Source of the DNA: Minisyncoccia bacterium
Lineage (GTDB): Bacteria > Patescibacteriota > Minisyncoccia > Phycocordibacterales > PALSA-1337
DNA length: 64,000 nucleotides
Direction: 5' to 3'
Assembly (NCBI GenBank): GCA_044228445.1
Contig: JBGAUV010000001.1
Span: forward strand, 79,827-143,826
Of this stretch, positions 58,774 through 64,000 are shown piece by piece. Each line of letters opens with the position of its first letter. Within the stretch, counting starts at the first letter, position 1. The notes under the pieces were generated by a model. That model had not been told where the DNA came from. It was given only the letters and a program-made list of their open reading frames with translations, and made no database searches. The position numbers and the translations under genes were made by a program.

Positions 58774-58934
58774 AAAAGTCATATTTAACACATCGAGCGG
58801 AGCTTTATCCGCTCGATTTTAATTACATACGTTTTTACTTTTATAAATTATTAGTGTATAAATTTGTTAGAAGTCTACATTGACAAGGTAAGTACACTAC
58901 CTAAAAGTGTAAAGGAAAATTCAAATTTAATAAA

Positions 58935-59612
58935 ATGAAAAGAGATTCTGATTTCTATATTAGTTGGTATAGACAGAAACATGCTTACTGGGTACATGAC
59001 GGCAATATGGCAAGGCCACATGTGTGTCTTAGATCTGGTTTGCATTCCGATGGCTTTTTCAATAGCCGTCCAATAATTGATTCTGAGTCAATTATTAAAT
59101 TGTGTGCCAAAGATCTTGTGGGTCTTTTTGAGGAGGATGGTGGCTTCGGGTGTATAAATACAGTTGTTGGACCCCAAACTGGCGCAACCAAACTTGCGGA
59201 ACTAATCAGTATAGAAATTGCTACCAATAACAAAAGTAATTGTTCTTGGGCTTCACCAAGTAGAAAAAAAGTTAGAGGTAATGATCGTATGGTATTTAAA
59301 GATGAGGAAGTAGATGATTACATTAAAGAAAAAATGATTCTTCTCTGTGAAGATGTTATTTCTACTGGTGGGAGTCTCAGACTCGTTCAAGATGCTATTG
59401 AACAACATGGTGGTACTGTGTTACCGTATGTTCTTACCTTGGTAAATAGATCTGGTAAGGATAGTATCGATGGAAGAAAAATCTTTTCCTTGGTCAATAG
59501 ACATTTGCATACATGGAATGAAGGTGATTGCCCATTATGTGAGAAAGGATCAAAGGTAATATCAGATACTAAGTCAGAAGAAAGTTGGGAAAGACTCAAT
59601 GCATCCTACTAG
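58935..59612 (+). CDS. Orotate phosphoribosyltransferase-like protein
   Basis: LRSGLHSDGFFN, VVGPQTGA, LCEDVISTGGS, LVNRSG, CPLC. Confidence 0.8.
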   Translation: MKRDSDFYISWYRQKHAYWVHDGNMARPHVCLRSGLHSDGFFNSRPIIDSESIIKLCAKDLVGLFEEDGGFGCINTVVGPQTGATKLAELISIEIATNNKSNCSWASPSRKKVRGNDRMVFKDEEVDDYIKEKMILLCEDVISTGGSLRLVQDAIEQHGGTVLPYVLTLVNRSGKDSIDGRKIFSLVNRHLHTWNEGDCPLCEKGSKVISDTKSEESWERLNASY

Positions 59613-59704
59613 TTTCTTTATTTATTTTATCTCATAAAATAGCGTGTTATTCGATTAACATTGCTATTTTTTTATTATATTTTTAAATATGTTAGTATGA
59701 CACT

Positions 59705-60142
59705 ATGAAGGTCATAATAACAAAATCTATAGACGAAACCCAATCTTTTTCAAAGCTATATTTAAACTCACTTGAAGCAAAAAGTGATGAGGCTACGATC
59801 ATAGGACTTTATGGAAACCTAGGTTCAGGAAAAACAGCTTTTACAAAATGTTTAGCAAAAGAACTAGGAATACATGAAGTTATAACAAGTCCAACATTTG
59901 TAATAATGAAACTATACGAAACAAAAAATGAAAAGTTTAAGAGACTTATACATATAGATGCATATAGACTTGAAAGTGGAAAAGAATTACAAATACTAGA
60001 TTTTGAATCTTTAGTAAATAATAAAAATAATTTAATAGTAATAGAGTGGCCAGAGAATGTAAAAGAGATTTTAAATGAGGATCATAAAAAAATACATTGT
60101 AGCTTTATAGATGAAAATACAAGGCAATATGATGTAGAATAG
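59705..60142 (+). CDS. tsaE: tRNA t6A biosynthesis ATPase TsaE
   Basis: GNLGSGKT, ITSPTF, HIDAYRL, IEWPE. Confidence 0.95.
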   Translation: MKVIITKSIDETQSFSKLYLNSLEAKSDEATIIGLYGNLGSGKTAFTKCLAKELGIHEVITSPTFVIMKLYETKNEKFKRLIHIDAYRLESGKELQILDFESLVNNKNNLIVIEWPENVKEILNEDHKKIHCSFIDENTRQYDVE

Positions 60143-60146
60143 TTAT

Positions 60147-62537
60147 ATGAATAAAAAACGATTAGTACTACTCGATTCTCACGCAATACTACATAGGGCA
60201 TATCATGCTTTACCAGATTTTGCTTCAAAAAAGGGTGAACCAACAGGAGCACTCTATGGTCTTGTAGCTATGCTTATAAAAATAATAGAGGATATAAAAC
60301 CAGACTATATAATAGCTTGTTATGATCTTCCCGGACCAACATATAGACATGAAGCATATAAAGACTATAAAGCACAAAGAAAGAGTATGGAAGATGCTTT
60401 GGCTACACAAATAAATCGTTCAAGAGATATTTTTAAATCTTTCAATATTCCAATTTACGATAAACCAGGTTTTGAAGCTGATGATATGCTCGGAACTATT
60501 TCTGAAATAGCAAAAAAGGATAAAAATCTAGAAATAATAATTGCTTCTGGAGATATGGATACAATGCAATTAATACAAGGTGAAACAGTAAAGGTTTATA
60601 CTTTGAAAAAGGGAATAAAGGATACAATTCTATATGATGAAAAAGCAGTGAAAGAAAGATTTGGTTTTGGTCCAGAATTACTTCCAGATTATAAAGGTTT
60701 GAGAGGTGATCCTTCAGATAACATTATTGGTATAAAAGGAATAGGAGAAAAGACAGCAAGTACACTCATATCTAGTCTAGGAACAATAGAAGAAATATAT
60801 AAAAAGCTAGAAAAAGATAAAAAGAATAATTATGAAAGTTTCAAAAAGCTTGGTATAACAGATCGTATTGTAAAACTTTTAATTGAAGGAAAAGAGGAGG
60901 CTGAATTTAGTAAAATGCTAGCAACAATTCGCCGTGATGCTCCAATTGATTTTAAATTACCTGAAAAAGAATTTAAACAAGGTGTAGATAGGGAAGCAGT
61001 AAAAACTCTATTTAATGAACTAGATTTTAGAACACTAGGAATTCGTTTTACAAATGTCATTGATGGTAAAACAAATATGGATAATACTGAAGTTGAAGAT
61101 GAAAAGACTTTAGATGTCGAAGATATAGTAAAAGGTATTCCAAAGGATGAAATAGAAAAGATTTCACTTGCACTTTGGATAATTGATTCTAATAGAACAA
61201 ACCCTAGTGCAGAAGAGATATTGGAATATACAAAAACAAATGATTTTAAAAAGGCTAGTGAAATAATATTTAAAGAGCTTGATAGAAGAGGATTGAGAAA
61301 AGTTTATCAAGATATAGAAATGCCCTTAATTCCTGTAATAAATAAAATGGAAGAAAAAGGTGTAAAAATAGATGTGGATTTATTGAAAGATTTATCAAAG
61401 AAATATCATAAGACTTTATCTTCACTTGAAAAAAAGATTTGGGAATTGTCAGGAGTAGAATTTAATATAAATTCTCCAAAACAACTTGGTGAAGTTCTTT
61501 TTGATAAATTACAACTTACCGCTAAAGGACTTAAGAAAACAGAAGGGGGAGCACGTTCTACTAGAGAATCAGAACTTGAAAAGCTTCGTGACGCACACCC
61601 AGTAGTGCCTTTACTTTTTGAATATAGAGAATTACAAAAACTTCTATCAACTTATATAGATGTAATTCCTACGTTAGTTGATAAAAATAATAGACTTCAT
61701 GCTGACTTTATATCTTCAGGAAGTGCTACAGGTCGTATGGCTAGTCAAAATCCAGGAATACAAAATATCCCTATAAAAACCGAACTAGGTAAGGTTATAA
61801 GAAATGCTTTTATAGCTGAAAAAGGTTTTAAAATAGTTGCTCTGGATTATGCTCAAATAGAGCTTAGAATTGCTGCTTTTATATCAGGAGATGAAAAATT
61901 AATAGAAATATTTAAACAAGGAGAAGATGTACATAAGTCTGTAGCAAGTAGGGTGTTCGGTGTACCTTTAGATAAAGTTGATTCAGAAATGAGACGCAGA
62001 GCAAAGATAATAAATTTCGGAATACTTTATGGTATGGGAGTAAATGCTTTGAGACAAAATCTCGGTACAGATAGAAAAGAGGCGCAAGAATTTTATAATA
62101 ATTATTTCGCAACTTTTAGTGGTCTTGCAAAATATCTTGATGAAGTAAAAGCACAAGCAGAAAGAAATGGTTATACAGAAACATTTTTTGGAAGAAGAAG
62201 ATATTTTGAAGGGATAAATTCAAAAATTCCTTTTATAAAAGCCATGGCAGAAAGAATGGCAATAAATGCTCCATTTCAAGGTACAAATGCTGATATTATA
62301 AAAATAGCAATGAAAAGAGTCGATGATTATTTTATAGAAAAAGGCTATCAAAATGATGCTTTTCTTGTTTTGCAAGTACATGATGAATTGGTTTATGAAA
62401 TAAAACAAAGTTTAGTAACAAAAATCGTTCCAGAAATTAAAAATATTATGGAAAATATAATTCCTATTGAACAAACAAAAGGAGTAAAACTAATCGTTGC
62501 ACAAGAGATAGGGGATAATTGGGGAGAATTAAAATAA
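60147..62537 (+). CDS. polA: DNA polymerase I (5'-3' exonuclease + polymerase; proofreading domain largely absent)
   Basis: EADD, GDPSDNIIG, DYAQIELR, RRRAKIINFGILYG, LQVHDELV. Confidence 0.96.
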   Translation: MNKKRLVLLDSHAILHRAYHALPDFASKKGEPTGALYGLVAMLIKIIEDIKPDYIIACYDLPGPTYRHEAYKDYKAQRKSMEDALATQINRSRDIFKSFNIPIYDKPGFEADDMLGTISEIAKKDKNLEIIIASGDMDTMQLIQGETVKVYTLKKGIKDTILYDEKAVKERFGFGPELLPDYKGLRGDPSDNIIGIKGIGEKTASTLISSLGTIEEIYKKLEKDKKNNYESFKKLGITDRIVKLLIEGKEEAEFSKMLATIRRDAPIDFKLPEKEFKQGVDREAVKTLFNELDFRTLGIRFTNVIDGKTNMDNTEVEDEKTLDVEDIVKGIPKDEIEKISLALWIIDSNRTNPSAEEILEYTKTNDFKKASEIIFKELDRRGLRKVYQDIEMPLIPVINKMEEKGVKIDVDLLKDLSKKYHKTLSSLEKKIWELSGVEFNINSPKQLGEVLFDKLQLTAKGLKKTEGGARSTRESELEKLRDAHPVVPLLFEYRELQKLLSTYIDVIPTLVDKNNRLHADFISSGSATGRMASQNPGIQNIPIKTELGKVIRNAFIAEKGFKIVALDYAQIELRIAAFISGDEKLIEIFKQGEDVHKSVASRVFGVPLDKVDSEMRRRAKIINFGILYGMGVNALRQNLGTDRKEAQEFYNNYFATFSGLAKYLDEVKAQAERNGYTETFFGRRRYFEGINSKIPFIKAMAERMAINAPFQGTNADIIKIAMKRVDDYFIEKGYQNDAFLVLQVHDELVYEIKQSLVTKIVPEIKNIMENIIPIEQTKGVKLIVAQEIGDNWGELK

Positions 62538-63260
62538 ATGATAATTTTTATTCACGGAGAAAATACTGAAAAAGCAAGAAATAAAGCTCATGAGCTTATT
62601 GATAGTTTGCGTAAAAAAAAGCCTGATGCAAGTTTTTTTAAAATAAATAGTGAAAACTGGAATGAAGGTTTGATAACAGAATATGCTATGGGTCAGGGTT
62701 TATTTTCAAATAAATACATAGTTTTTTTAGATAAAATCTGTGAAAATAAAGATTTAAAAGATAGCTTAATTGATAAGCTTGATGAAATGAAATCTTCAGA
62801 AAATGTATTTATAATTCTTGAAGGTAAGCTTGATAAACTAAGTATTACAAAGATAGAGAAAAGATCCGATAAGGTTCAGTTATTCGAATTAATTGAAAAA
62901 ACATATAAAAAAGAAGATTTTAATATTTTTTCACTTGGTGAAGCACTGGGAAATAGAGATAAGAAAAATTTATGGATTTTATATAGAAGTGCTTTGAATA
63001 ATGGAAAAGTACCAGAAGAAATTCATGGTACTTTGTTTTGGCAATTAAAATCTATGGCGATAGCAAGTAAAACTGATAGTGCTATAAATTCAGGACTTTC
63101 TCCTTTTGTATTTAGTAAATCAAAAAACTATTTAAAAAACTTTAAACAACAAGAAATTTTTAATATGTTAAATACTTTAATATCAATTTCTCATGATTCA
63201 AGAAGAGGAATAGGGGAAATTGAAACTAGTCTTGAAAGGTGGATACTTGAGGCTTTTTGA
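62538..63260 (+). CDS. holA: DNA polymerase III delta subunit-like (short)
   Basis: MIIFIHGEN, GLFS, NIFSL, PFVFSK, LERWIL. Confidence 0.7.
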   Translation: MIIFIHGENTEKARNKAHELIDSLRKKKPDASFFKINSENWNEGLITEYAMGQGLFSNKYIVFLDKICENKDLKDSLIDKLDEMKSSENVFIILEGKLDKLSITKIEKRSDKVQLFELIEKTYKKEDFNIFSLGEALGNRDKKNLWILYRSALNNGKVPEEIHGTLFWQLKSMAIASKTDSAINSGLSPFVFSKSKNYLKNFKQQEIFNMLNTLISISHDSRRGIGEIETSLERWILEAF

Positions 63261-63265
63261 TATAA

Positions 63266-64000
<735 letters not shown>

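Overview
AT-rich bacterial chromosome segment (code 11) spanning the replication origin (yidC-rnpA-rpmH / dnaA-oriC-dnaN). Gene content and shortened proteins point to a Patescibacteria/CPR (Parcubacteria-like) genome; this is inference. Left arm: PNPase end, DksA-like, ComM/YifB, LysM-M23, UvrD, RsmA, then a ~12 kb VirB4/VirB6/PrgI/pilin T4SS-like cluster with no relaxase in the window. Right arm: PBP1A, tyrS, ruvC-yebC-ruvB, PilB, tRNA-Thr, short RF2, ftsEX, pyrG, tRNA-Gln, ABC transporters, tsaE-polA-holA and partial trpS. Four signals stand out. (1) A nucleotide-tailoring island after tRNA-Gln: CYTH, NUDIX, Tzs-like adenylate isopentenyltransferase, two HD hydrolases, a thymidylate-synthase homolog carrying the cytosine-specificity Asn->Asp switch plus altered sugar-binding residues, and a second CYTH. 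(2) Six stand-alone intergenic structured RNA candidates with near-consensus sigma70 promoters, four with a boxA-like motif and two forming a tandem paralogous pair. (3) Tandem copies of the tRNA-Thr 5' end. (4) A pervasive leaderless TGn-TAnnnT-N6-ATG gene-start architecture. All RNA folds and alignments were done by eye.
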